A stretch of DNA of 64,000 nt from Eledone cirrhosa (taxonomy: Eukaryota), in the NCBI GenBank assembly GCA_964016885.1, contig OZ024740.1, positions 241,056,001 through 241,120,000 on the forward strand. Direction: 5' to 3'. The position numbers and the translations under genes are program-made. The notes under the pieces are model-generated. The model ran no database searches, had not been told where the DNA came from, and worked only from the letters and a program-made list of their open reading frames with translations. Positions 26,400 through 39,566 of this stretch are shown here, piece by piece. Position 1 is the stretch's first letter. Every line of letters starts with the position of its first letter.

Positions 26400-29195
26400 C
26401 ATCAGTGACAACAAGAACAACAACAACAATAACAACAGTAATGACAACACCACCAACACGGATAATTCCACAAAGAAACCGAAAATCTCCTTTTCACAGA
26501 CAGTTCAGAAAAAGGAGGAACTAACATATCTCGACATATCAAATGCCGAATAACTTCTAAAGGACGCTAGGAGATGTGTTACTTTTGAAAAGAATGGTGC
26601 TTTCAGCATCAATTCCTCTGTAGAAATTCGAAAGGAAACTGCCCTCAAAATGATAGTTTTTAGGACAGTTTCTAATTCTACCCGAGAACCGGTCCAATTG
26701 TCACAGAAAGAAATTGAACGGGTTTTCAAAAATTCAATGATATTTCATTCATTCAAAGATCTTTGGGAGTATTTCGGTACTCATGAAGGATCAATTGACG
26801 GCCCAAAATTACTCTGTGTCGCCAATTGTATACAACCTGTATACCTTTTTCCCCACATACATGGGAAAAAGGACACACAAGATTAGAATCACAAGTGTCA
26901 CACCAAAGGTAAACATATGGTGGATACTGTGCGGCTTCATCAATTTTGATGAAGACAGAATACTTTCAGTAGGAAAGTCCCCCCCGAGATGTATTTAATG
27001 GGACTAGTGTTGAAGTTCTGGTGCAAATGAGCCCAGAACGAATAGCTAGGATCCCACAACGTGTACTCCTGGACGGACTCACCTACATAAACTTTTCGGT
27101 TGAGGGTAGGCAGCCTTCATGTTACCACTGCTTTAGCAGGGGTCACCTGAGGGCTTCCTGTCCTCAATTAATGAGTAAAAAAAAGACTCTTTTGCCGACA
27201 CCCATCAAAATAACACAACCACCACCACCACCACCACCACCACAACAACAACACCAACACACAAAAATAACCACAACAAACACAGTCCCACCCAACCCCA
27301 CTCCACCTAAAACCATTGCAAAAAAAACGTACAGACACAACAGCTCCCCAAGACATACCCCTCCCCAATCACACAGACGATACAACAGATGAGGCTATCT
27401 CGTCATCACCCAGTGAAGACGAGGGAGAACCCCATCGCTCGAAAAGAAAAAAAAGCACCACAAAAACAAAAAACCAGCAAACACTATCACAAATATACAA
27501 CCACCAACACAAACAACAAAAACATCACAAACAAAACCCCCACCTCCTGAAAACAAAATGCCTACAACAAAACGAAAGCACACACAAGAACTACAGACAA
27601 AAACAAACACAGCACAAGAAAATTACACTTACACATACATAAACACTGAAAACAAAACACTAATGTAGACCATCACGAACAACCCTTCGGTGAAAACCGA
27701 AGGGAAAACTTTCGCAAACTCTAATAAAAATAATAAAAAATCGAACCTAAAACTGATTAGGGTCCCTATACAAACTTATAGGCCCCTAAAAGAAACATTT
27801 GAAAAGGACGTGGGGAATTCCTGCGTGAAACCACTTAACCGCGTCCTTCTCAAATGTCTCCCCACCCCAGACACCCCTATACCACCAGACACCCCCTCCC
27901 CACGAAACATCTCCGTCCCCACCCCGCCGGAAACCACCACCCACCCAGACAATCCCCCCAACACCTCCATGGAAACGAAAAGATAAGTGAACTCTTCCTT
28001 TTCTTTTCCAACTCTTCCTCACCGACATGGCGAATGTAAGAGTCGGTTGTGTGAATGTGCACGGCCTAGGGATGCCCTGGAAACAGGGCAAACTCTTAAA
28101 CGACCTCAGGTCGCACAGTATAGATGTAATTGCTATCTGCGAGTCCAGGATCCACAGCGAGCGACAGCTGGCTCCCATCTTCGATGACTATGAGATCTAC
28201 GTATCTCTATGTCAGCCGGGAGGTGGGGGTGGAGTTGCCGTTTTGCTGAGGAAACATCTGGGCCTCGTAACACAGACGGTATATCTGGACCCAGAGGGTC
28301 GACTGGTGGTCCTAGACGTTGACGGTAGTGAAGATGGAGCCTTCAGGCCTGTGGCCGCATATGCCCCATCCGGGACTCCGCGGCCAGACTTCTTCAAACG
28401 TCTAGAGACTTTTCTGGGAATGTCCCGCTCCTTGCTTTTAGTGAGGGGACTGGAATGGAATCCTAGATGTACGTTCGGACTATGCGGGAGCATGTCCCGA
28501 TAAAGGGGGTGTAACAGCCTCAAACAGTTAATCGGCTGATTTGACTTGGCCGATAAATATCGACTAGATTTTCCGACTGTGCCACTGTGGACGTGGACTA
28601 ATCTTAGCGGAACATCTAGATCGTACCTAGATAGGGTTCTAGTTAGAAATAACGATATGGACATGTTAAGCTGTCCACAAATGTTCATGGTTGCCTATTC
28701 AGATCACAAACTAGTGACCTGCATGGTCAACCTTGATAAAACCCATAGACAGGGACCCGGCTACTGGAAGCTGAACTTGTCGTTACCGACATGCAAAGCC
28801 TACAGTAGAAGGATTAGCAACTTAGTTAAATAGCACTTGACAGGGGCCATTGTCAACAACAGATGGTGGTACTCTCTCAAGAGGGCAGTTAGATTAGACT
28901 CGTTAGTTTTTAGTAAAAAATTAGCGTTAGATAGAAATAGGACCGAGAAGGAACTGGTAGATAAAGTAGAAGAGGCAATTAGAAGTGGCAACGTAGCCAG
29001 CGTGCTAGCAACGAGAACGGCTTTGGACCAGTTCTTCGACGCAAAGCACGAGGGCTGCGTTGTCAGAAGCAAATACGTGCTCTGGGTAACGAGGGAGCCA
29101 AAGACCGAATCGTTGACTTGTTGTCACTTTTCGCCTCTGTAACCCGGGCCCAGCTAACAGCTTTGGCTCCCTCGTTACCCAGAGCACGTATTTGC
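26400..29195 (+). mobile_element. L1/Tx1 5' part: ORF1 with CCHC knuckle and APE endonuclease; no RT
   Basis: CYHCFSRGHLRASC; VGCVNVHGL, DVIAICES, GGVAVLL, DPEGRLV, AYAP, RSYLDRVLV, SDHK, GPGYWKLN; ends in a ~50-bp inverted duplication (29060-29105 / 29140-29195). Confidence 0.9.
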
Positions 29196-29697
29196 CTCAT
29201 GGAGCTCTACCACATCATAACTGCACCCCACGAGCTCATCAACAGCAGAGCTGAAACGACGATAAGTTGTACACATCGCTTAAAAATATCCTTCTTCAGA
29301 TGGTTTGAGGATGAGGAGTGAAACCGTGTACCGGGTCTCCCTGCAACAAGCCTTAACACCCAGGCGGGCAGGCGCTGCAAAAAAACACCCAGGAAACTAA
29401 CCATGCATCCCAGACCCAGCCTCAAACGACCCAGGCAAGCAGCTGCGGAAAAACAAACATCTCAAAATAAGCGTTGATTACATGACCCCGTGCGTATCGA
29501 CAATGGTAAGGTTGTAACCACATCTTGTAACGGATAAAAAATTTGTCCGGGAAAGACTGCCCTAACACCGGCCAGAGTTATCTCCCTTGACCTACTGCAA
29601 AATCAAAACACGCTTTTTTTTTCAAAGAATATATCTTGACGTGAACTTAACCCTAAAAACTCTTTCCGAGCAATGTAAGGAACACTTTTAGTTATTT

Positions 29698-29739
29698 ATG
29701 CCCTTGACAAGCCCAACTGGGCGAAACGTACGTAGGTGT
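29698..29739 (+). ncRNA. Type I hammerhead ribozyme, U3-A8 core variant
   Basis: augccc UUGACAA gccc-aacu-gggc GAAA CGUACG UA ggugu. Confidence 0.72.
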
Positions 29740-29960
29740 TGTTTTAAATAAACATGTTTTAACGGTCTATTCTCCGATTTCTTACTTTTCCACGTGTTTA
29801 CGCTCTGCTAACTCCCTCGCCCACTAAATATTAACACTTCGAATATTTAATACTGCCGGCACTAGTATTGAGCACCTTTGGTATACGCTATTTGGAAAAT
29901 AACTACATGTATCACCTATCCTTCCTTTTTTTCTCTCTCTCGATACGTAAATATTTTATT

Positions 29961-29995
<35 letters not shown>

Positions 29996-30016
29996 CATGC
30001 ACACACAAACACATAT

Positions 30017-30047
<31 letters not shown>

Positions 30048-30479
30048 TATATATATATGCATACACACGTATAATCGATATTGTGTAAACGCATGTGTAT
30101 GCTTGTTAATACTTATGAAATCATTGTACATCTGTTTCAATGCGTAATGCGTATAAAATCATCTGAGAGTAATTGCTTGCTGCGTAACACTGAAACCAAT
30201 GCCGCCTACATAACCTACTTGATATTACGTAAAAACAAATAAAAGAATATAGAATGAGCAATTGTAATTTTTTTCACTCAAGCTACTTGAAACCTCATTA
30301 AATATCAAGAGTTTTCAAAAGGAGGTTTATTTGGATAGTTCTTCGAAAAAAAAAAAAAAAAAGATTAAAAGACTAAATATAAAGAAAAGAAAAAAAAAGA
30401 AAACGTTGTAAAACATGACGGGATTTATTTCTATACTTTAAATCTCAGGATCAGGATTCCAAATGAAGTAATGAACTCT

Positions 30480-30548
<69 letters not shown>

Positions 30549-30592
30549 CAAGAAAACGAAAAATCAGTGATGCATCTGGACTTAGTTTATTT

Positions 30593-30682
30593 CGTGTTAC
30601 AAATGTTTCGCCGGCATGTAGCCGAGTCATGGTCCTTGTATGGATCTGGCTGATTCTACTTCTGCGGGTTCTTTCAGACACG
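30593..30682 (-). ncRNA. Hammerhead with long stem II and an 8-nt core strand (CUGAAAGA)
   Basis: cgugu CUGAAAGA acccgcagaaguag...cuacaugccggc GAAA CAUUUG UA acacg. Confidence 0.65.
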
Positions 30683-31240
30683 TCTGTTATGTCCGGGGCA
30701 AATTTTATCACTGGGGTGTTGTTATCACCCCCCCCCCCCCCCCCAAAAAAAAAACCTTCTTTCCACTCTTGTCATGCCATTGGCTGTTTTTACTCCACGT
30801 CATCACAAGTTCTGGTCAGTATCTGCTGCCACACGGTTCATCAACTATTTTCCGTCCGACATATTTCAATGGAGTCATGCTGGGTTCAGTACCTCACACG
30901 TCTGCTCACACTTCAGAGTAAGCACCCACACATACTAGAATAAACACATAGTAACACACACATATATATACTCAGACACACACCTATCTATGCATACACA
31001 CTCGTACGTCTACATGCTCAGACACCCACACCGCCACATGCATACATCGCAGTATATATACTCACACACCCTCTCCCCCTCTCTCCCATGGGCATAGTCA
31101 CACACACTTGTTGATACATGCCGCCACGAGCCTTCTGACTGTTCTGTATCAATTGGGTAAGCTTGTCATATTCAAACGTACACATATATACATACGCATG
31201 CGCGCACGCACACATACGGCCAACCTTCTATACATTTAAA

Positions 31241-31320
<80 letters not shown>

Positions 31321-31418
31321 CTCATATACACGCATATATACATACACACATACATTCACATACATACATATATACGCACATGTGCATACACAGATATACA
31401 TACACACCTAGGATTTTT

Positions 31419-31472
31419 TCATTCTGATGAATGAAAGTAAATATCGTTTGCTTTCAAGAAACAACTAAATTA
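31419..31472 (+). ncRNA. Degenerate hammerhead motif
   Basis: CUGAUGA a-ugaaaguaaa-uaucg-uuugcuuuca-a GAAA CAAC UA aau; good stem II, broken stem III. Confidence 0.4.
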
Positions 31473-32001
31473 AACAACTATCCTATGTTGTTCATTACAT
31501 CACTATATGTATATATATATATATATACATATATATACACACACACATACATACACACACATATATACACAAATGTAAACTCACACATGTCCACACACAC
31601 ATACGTACATAAACATTGCCTACACACGTACCTACACACACACACATATATATATTTTTTATATAAGTATATATATAGAGATATATACACACAAAAGAAA
31701 AAAGGACAACTTAACATGCATACGCATATCCACACATATACATAGAAATACCCACGCATAGGCCGAACTACATACATCTACACATGCATGCGCATACATG
31801 CTGCCGCATGCATACACGTGCACGCATGCACATCTATCTACCCACACAGAAGTGCCACCACATATACATGTACATATATAAACACACCTGTAAGTGAACA
31901 GTTGAAAATACATTATGCAATAAAAAACAGTATAATAACATAAGAAAAATATACAATGAAATATAATATACAATGTGGTATATATATACACACACATACA
32001 T

Positions 32002-32080
<79 letters not shown>

Positions 32081-32083
<3 letters not shown>

Positions 32084-33577
32084 CGAAGGAAATATGGTAA
32101 GGAACCAGGTGGACCATAACGCACCAAAGTACTCAATACTTAGGGAAGTAGAGTGGGTAATAGGAACGAGTAGGACCTCGACGGTTGAGCTCAAGCCGTT
32201 TCGACGGCTAATTCTGGACTAAATGAAAATTTTTATCCTGGTATATGAATAGCCGAGCTTCTCAGGGGGTAATTCCATATATGGTAAAAGTGATTGTCAC
32301 AAGGATTGGTCAAAAGTTTGTTGTTGAGACACATAATTCTATCATGGCAATTTGTGGAAGGAATGGGTAGCTGAACCTGCCAGTAGAAGAAAGAGGGAGA
32401 GGGAGTGGAGGAAACCCAGTCGTGCGTTGATAGTGCCAACAACAGCAGGGCAGGAGGTCAAGCAAGTATACTAGGGAGGGGGGGGGGAAGTCGAAACAAT
32501 AAGTAAATCAATATGGAGTAAATATATAGAAGAATACCAAGAATGTTAAAAATATAAAAAACAATTTCTGGTTACTATTCCCTAACGACAGTCATCAAGT
32601 CTCTCATTGGTACTGCTAAACTATAGAAAAGTTTACTAGGTGGGACGGAATTGTAATGAGACCATTTTAAGAGTTAGTAGTAATCAACCGAGTATATCTT
32701 ACGGTGACAGGTCAACAAGTGGGGGGCCAAAATACTAAATAAACTACCACGAAATAATAATTCAGAGTCCCGAAACTAATACGAAATAATAATTTAGAAT
32801 CCCGAAAATGAATACTAATACTATCTCTAAGGGTGCCACTACGATACAAAAATTCTAGTGCAAACTACATAAATGCTCGTACGAGGTATATGAAAAATTT
32901 GATACGGAAAATTAATTCAGAACCCCCCCCCCCCCCCAAATACTGATATACGAGAAATTAAAGCAGAGATACCACTAAGAAATGTAGAAAGCACGGAAAT
33001 GTGGCAGTCATCGGATAAGAAAGCAAGTATCTGGGGTCCACCACATCTGCTACAAAAAGCGGAGTCGGCCAATTCTACCACAGAATAGGGGACGGGGGTG
33101 GGGGCACCGAAGCCGCAAAAGACCGAGGGGCCGCCCCGGGCGGGCGAGAAAACGAAAAGGACGACGACAAAGAAGGAGGACCGGGGAGGAAGGACCGGGA
33201 AGGGATGGGGGAAAGAAGGAAACACAGAGGAAACGATAAAAAGATATAAAAGAAGATCTTACGTCTACCTTTGCAAGCAGGGGTTACTCATTACAAAGTC
33301 GGCAAGTGGGGTGTTATAGCCCTTGTCTACCCCCCCCCCCGTGTCATTATGGGGTTTGAGGGCGAGGTAAGTCCTACGAAATCTGTGTTTGCATGCAGTT
33401 ACCAGTTCGTCTTTCTTGTTTAGTCCGTCGAAAACAGCATTTATAGAGTTTCCTCCGAGCATAAATTGCACGGACGGCGTCCTCCCGTGTAAGAGTTGGC
33501 TCTGGGCAGTAAGCTCCAAGTGAGATCATAGGTAATATTGTTATCTTTGAGGTCCTAGATGGGTCCTACTCGTTCCT
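32081..33577 (-). mobile_element. 5'-truncated Penelope-like insertion (GIY-YIG tail + long 3' UTR/pLTR) in (TA)n
   Basis: LNKKDELVTACKHR at ~33380-33430; terminus shared with 54185-54323; short inverted piece at 33549-33577. Confidence 0.72.
32175..32270 (-). ncRNA. Hammerhead-like motif with long stem II (core CUGAGAA)
   Basis: acccc CUGAGAA gcucggcua...uagccguc GAAA CGG-cuugagcucaa-CCG UC gaggu; C3.A8 mismatch in this copy. Confidence 0.55.
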
Positions 33578-34025
33578 ATATATATATATATATACATATA
33601 TCCCCCTATTATACATATATACACACATACACACATACACATACTCACCTACGTATACATATATGCACACACATACACAGACGCACACGCACACATACTC
33701 ATACGTACATATACGCATATATACGGGTATGCATAGAGGGTATGTGATAAAATAATACAACATGAATAATAATAATAATAATGAAAAAAACCTATATAGT
33801 TCATATATATACATCCGCACACATTCCCAAGAGATGCACATAAACACATACATGTAAGCACAAATACATATACACACATATAGAGGCCCGTGAATGCATG
33901 CACCTGCACCCACACACACAACGACATATATACACCCATACACATCCACACATGTATACACACATTTACCCGCCCGCACACACACACACCTACTCATATG
34001 TGGCTATACGTACTTACTCACTCAT

Positions 34026-34084
<59 letters not shown>

Positions 34085-34215
34085 GTAGGAGGTGAGTTTT
34101 ATTGTAGTACAATAAAGCAATGCAAATATCCGATAAGTAGCACCCTACAGTTTGATATGTTGATTTAAAACTGCACTATTCACAAGTGTTTTTTAACCTT
34201 CATATCATGTCTCCC

Positions 34216-34286
34216 TATTTTATCTGACGAAAACGCAAATGTCATCTCATGATGATATTTGTTTTTGAAATGCGCATAATAATATA
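34216..34286 (+). ncRNA. Type I hammerhead ribozyme
   Basis: uauuuuau CUGACGA aaacgcaaaugucauc-ucau-gaugauauuuguuuuu GAAA UGCGCA UA auaauaua, inside a ~235-bp insert between (TA)n runs (34083-34318). Confidence 0.9.
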
Positions 34287-34314
34287 CATGCAACTCTTTT
34301 AACAATCTTTTGAT

Positions 34315-34362
<48 letters not shown>

Positions 34363-34779
34363 TGCTCACATATAGACACAAGTATACACCCCCCCCCCAC
34401 ACATACACCCACATTCTGCCACATATGTATATATATGTGCACATGTCTGCAGGTACATGCGCGCATAAGCTCGTGCACCCACGCACACATCCCCATACAC
34501 ACACGCCAATACCCACCCACGCATACATATACATACACATACATACGCATCTACACACACACACACACGCACGCACATATACCCACACACATGTGTGTCC
34601 ACACACATGTGTGTCCACACATAAAAAGAACTCGTGAACATAAACAAAATATGATAATAAAATAAAATATGTAAATAAATTTACAATATTATAGGGTACA
34701 TTAAATCTGTATGTAACTGCATAAAGGTGCAGGAAAAGAAGGGGTAAAATAAAGGAAGGGGTAAAATAAAAGAGAAAAA

Positions 34780-37085
34780 ATGGCACCGTGTCTGGGGTGT
34801 GCTGTTCTAAACGTTTAGTGCACAGGTCCGGGCGGCAGTGGGCTCAGTGTCAGCCGGTCTCGGCCCATGCAGTGCATCTTCCAATGTTGCGTGCCCGGTC
34901 ACGTGCGCACCCGGTCTACATATGATTGCCCCTCGGGTCGGACGTCGTCATCATGGTATGTCGTCAAGTGCCCTCATCCCGCTAGGCCAATCGGGTCTGT
35001 ACGTTCTCATTCTCGTGCCCCCTGGCTGCGCCACCCGGCGGATTCCATGCTGCAAAAGTGCATCTTCTCTGGTGTCTGCATGTCATGATAATTTCAGACT
35101 TCAGGTTGACGGCGTCATCCTTCAGTCTGACTATCTCCATGGTCTCGTGTAGGCACAGTGGGCACTTTCTACTTCCGGCCGAATATGCACGCACGTGGAG
35201 AACGATACTCCATTCCAGGACGTATGGGGGTGCTTTGGTCTTTCATGTCCCACACGAGGTCCGCTAACCTAGTGGAGTGCCTTTTGCTACGGTCCCTAAA
35301 GGAATTCGTGTGATTATACATCCGCGATTTAAAAGGTCGTGGATGTTGCGCCTATGTAGCTCTGATGCGCATTCTGGGTCGTAACCACACACTTGTATAA
35401 TAGGTCCTTCATTAAGCATTTTCCCTGTAGGGGGCACTGGGTACCCGCTCTACAGTTGCAAGTTCTGCTGTCAATTCTTGTGCGTCCGATGTCCGGGCCC
35501 AGATCTGTAATGGCCCTCTCAAGGTTCTGAGTGTGCTGTACCGCCGCCACACTTGTCCCCCCATGCCACTATTTCCCTCCCGGTGTTGGACCATATCGCC
35601 CTTGACGGGGGTTCTGGTCGCCTCGGGGTCCGGGTTGTCATTTGAAGGCAGGTCCCTAGGTGGTTCTCCGCGCTCCGAAACATGGTCACTCTGTCGGCGC
35701 GGTTGACGGCCAGTGTGTGCCATCTTCACCGCGTTAGTTCTAGCCATATAGTCGGCCATATTCGACGCCGTTAGGAGGAAAATTTCACCGTGTGGCTGTT
35801 GAAGATTTTGTGGTACTTATTTGTCGTCGGAAATCACTCATCCAGCGCTCGGAAGAAAAGTCCTGGCAGGTTGGTGCGTACATGTTTTGAATAAGGCGCA
35901 TTGAACCAGGTAACGGCCTTAGATCTGTTCCTTCGTGTGCGTGGATTCATGTTGTTGTGTTCAGGGCTCGGTGTCCGTCCAGTGCTCTTCCCAACCACAA
36001 TTTCGTCTCGTGTATTGACACTGTCTATTTGCCCACTACGTTCGTCGTGGTTATGTTCTACAGTTATAGATTTACCTCGTTCTATGTGGTCATCTATACG
36101 TCTATTCCCCTTAGGTCTATGTGATGCTATTGTCAGTGCTGTGACACTAGAACTAGGCTGGTCGTGCTCCGTGGTGTGTGCCCCGTTCTTGTTTGTCGAA
36201 GTCCTGTCCAAGGTCCCAGTTGCCACGGAGTATGCAGTGTGCGTGCCAGGCCCATGCCTCCGCACACCGGGTGGTCTGGCTCCCATGGGTGCCTTAGTCT
36301 TATCTCTGGTCGGTCCTGTGTCATTAATGTTAGTAGTGTTGTTATTTGTGTTCCTGGCTACTGCTACCGGGTCAATTCTTCTACCTAGGGAGGCGCCACC
36401 ACTATTGGCATTTCTGCACGCCATATCGTTAGGCTCTACTCTATCTGGGGTATATACTATGGTGTCTTTGTAACCGGCCCTGCGCAGTGCCTCATTATAG
36501 TATTCGGCGTGCTGTTTAAACACTTCTGCGTTCGACGACAGGGTGGATACGCGTTTTGACACCCCTTTAACTATGGCTTCTATGACTGACTTAGGGTGAT
36601 TCGATTGCCTGTTCACATATTGCAGGTTTTCGTTGGGCTTATGGTACGGTCTGTGGATGCCCGTATTCATTTCCAAGCTAACGTCCAGGAAATTGACTGT
36701 CTTAGTGCTAGTGTCAATTGTCACGGATAAGCCGTATTGTATAAAAAAATGCGATATGCGCTTCCTCATGCGCTCCATCTGACTGGGGTTAAGGGAACGG
36801 AAGGTGAAAAGTGCGTCGTCTCTGTATATTCCACCTCCGATCCCCGGGATCTCCTCCGTCAGCCTATGGATGAGATATATCCCCACCAGGTCGGTCACCT
36901 GTGCCGAGTCACTTGACCCCATGGTGATATCGAAACTGTCGGGTCTGTCCCTCCTCTCCCATAACTTGTTTTCGAAACTAATTAGCGTCTTTCTGGCTGC
37001 TACTATGAGGTTGGTCTCGTCTCTAGTGAGGCTAGATCTGGCCATGGCGCTTATTAGGGCCTTATTCACTAGTATCGGAGATACC
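34780..37085 (-). mobile_element. GC-rich Penelope-like retroelement (RT + GIY-YIG), few disablements
   Basis: 411-aa ORF with FDITMGSSDSAQVTDLVG, GGIYRDD, VNFLDVSL, SNHP, VTWFNAPYS; then CNCR..CPLQGKCL, YIGATSTTF, CPLCLHE, TCRH. Confidence 0.93.
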
Positions 37086-37259
37086 CTCGCGTTATAGCTA
37101 TCTATGCCGGCGAAACATTTGTAACACGAAATAAACTAAGTCCAGATGCATCACTGATTTTTCGTTTTCTTGATAATATCTACACTCTACTCTGATGAAT
37201 ATCGAGTGCTAATTTTGGCATACCGCCTACGGAAGCACCATAGCTACCACTATACACAA

Positions 37260-37351
<92 letters not shown>

Positions 37352-37388
37352 AGTAAGAATATTTTCGAAACAGCGAATGGATTTGAAA

Positions 37389-37622
37389 TTATTAGAAATG
37401 TTAGCTATCGCCGTATTTTGACTAAAGAAATTAAAGAAATTATTTAGCCTGATAGTGGGGTTAAGAACCCTCGGAGAAATGGAAAAAGATGAGTATTGAC
37501 GTACATGTACGTCAATACTCATCTTTTTCCATTTCTCCGAGGGTTCTTAACCCCACTATCAGGCTAAATAATTTCTTTAATTTCTTTAGTCAAAATATGG
37601 CGATAGCTAACATTTCTAATAA
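37389..37622. repeat. Near-perfect palindrome, ~117-bp arms, no spacer
   Basis: Centre GACGTACA|TGTACGTC at 37505/37506; one mismatch seen; between (TA)n runs. Confidence 0.9.
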
Positions 37623-37623
37623 T

Positions 37624-37671
<48 letters not shown>

Positions 37672-37676
<5 letters not shown>

Positions 37677-38282
37677 CATGTATACGTACATACATATATG
37701 TATACAGACGCACACTAGTATGTATATACATACATGCACACATATATATATGTACGTAGGGGTTTACCGAACATTTATTATAATGTTCGGTTTGTTTGTA
37801 AACAAACAGCCCGAATTAGTAGCCGTACAATGTTCGGCAACCATCGTTGCCCTTTTGTTCAACACTGACTAAGGAACGATGAACTAGTTTCTAGCTTATT
37901 AGCTGTCATCAGCACCGTATACCTTCCTGTCAGTCGATTGAACGTTTGAAAGTATACACTTTCCTTATGCATATTAACGTATGAGCAGCCTAATTTGCAT
38001 ATCAATTGAGTTAGTCGGCCGGGTGTGCCGAAAACGATAAATGGAAAAAATTAAATTTCATTTCTCACTCTTAGTACGGCTGATACTTAAATATAAGTAT
38101 GTATACGTACACACATATATGTATACAGACGTACACTAGTATGTATATACATACATGCACATATATATATATATATATGTACGTATGGGTTTAACGAACA
38201 TTTATTATAATGCTCGGTTTGTTTGTAAACAAACAGCCCGAATTAGTAGCCGTACAGTGTTCGGCAACCATCGTTGCATATA
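37672..38282 (-). mobile_element. Family A HHR element, third locus (partial tandem)
   Basis: Reverse complement of 13320-13970; 37675-37850 is repeated at ~38095-38278. Confidence 0.85.
37876..37918 (-). ncRNA. Type I hammerhead ribozyme (family A)
   Basis: acggug CUGAUGA cagcuaauaagcua GAAA CUAG UU caucgu. Confidence 0.82.
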
Positions 38283-38329
38283 CGTATATATATATATGAT
38301 AATTATCATAATAATAATTACTATTATGA

Positions 38330-39425
38330 TTTGAAACTTCCTTTGAGTTCTGAATTCTTTCCAAATCATGCAGTATCAACCTGACACTTGAGGCAAACTT
38401 TGATAATACACACATTTTACAGTCAATTGTCACACAAATGATGCCACAAGAACACAAACAACAGTAAATGTCCTTGCAAAAGTTTTAAATTGATAATGTC
38501 ATTCTTAGTACATGGGCAGTACCAGTGATCCCTATTTTTTGTATCTCTTGCAGCAATGGCTTTCCAGGTATCTGGTCCAAATATTTTTTAGTACCTTTTT
38601 TTTTATCATTCCAAGTGTGCCGACTATCACTGGTATTATACAGGCCTTAAGATGCCACATTTTCTATACTTACTGAGTTTCCGAACTCTTTCGAGCAGAT
38701 GTTACTATCTGACAGAATGCTCATGTCAATTAAGAAGCATGTTTTCTCTTTATGGTCCTTCACAATTATATAAGGTCTGTTAGCCTTGAGTGTTCTGTCA
38801 GTATTCACAGGGAAATTGCAGAAGATTGTCACGTTCTCGCCTCCCGTTACTGCTTCTGGGTTATAGTTGTACCATTTTCCCTTTGTTTTCAGACCAGAGA
38901 ATCTGCACATTACCCAGTATAAGTATTGCGTCACTCTATCATGCCTCATTTTATATTCTTGGGCAGGTAATACCTTTCAGCCTAAAACCAGGTGGTCTAT
39001 GCTCTGAACATGCTCATCACAGATTCGACACTTTTATTATTACTATTATTTCCATTATCATTTTTATTTTTATTGCAAATCATTACTGCTTTACCGATCA
39101 CAGATATGTGCGCCTTGGGTATGAGCAGTATAGTTTTTGCTGATATTGTTTCTATTATATTGATAGTACTTTTAGTAATATGTGTGCAGTGTCTAGTAGT
39201 GCTATCTTTTGTATGCTGTATATATTTGTAAGTCCTGGGGTTTGGGCTATGTATTTGTCTGTGTGTTTTGTTTTTATCATTCCTAGAGCAACTATTATTA
39301 TAGGTATTGTTTCTGTTTTCATTTTCCATATTCGAGTCATTTCTATCTTTAGATCTTTATATTTGGAGAGTTTCTTTATTTATTTGGAAGATATATTGGC
39401 GTCTGTGGAGATTGATACATCTATT
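38330..39425 (-). mobile_element. Two decayed RLE-type non-LTR 3' fragments
   Basis: RHDRVTQYLYW..KANRPYIIVKD..FLIDMSI (38647-38949); YKDLKIEMTRIWKMKTETIPIIIVALG (39155-39425). Confidence 0.82.
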
Positions 39426-39521
39426 AGATATGCTAAAATTAGAAACAATTATTATTATTGTTATTATTATTAGTAGCAGTAGTAGCAGCAGCAGCAGCAG
39501 GTGCAATAGTAGTAGTAGTAG

Positions 39522-39566
<45 letters not shown>

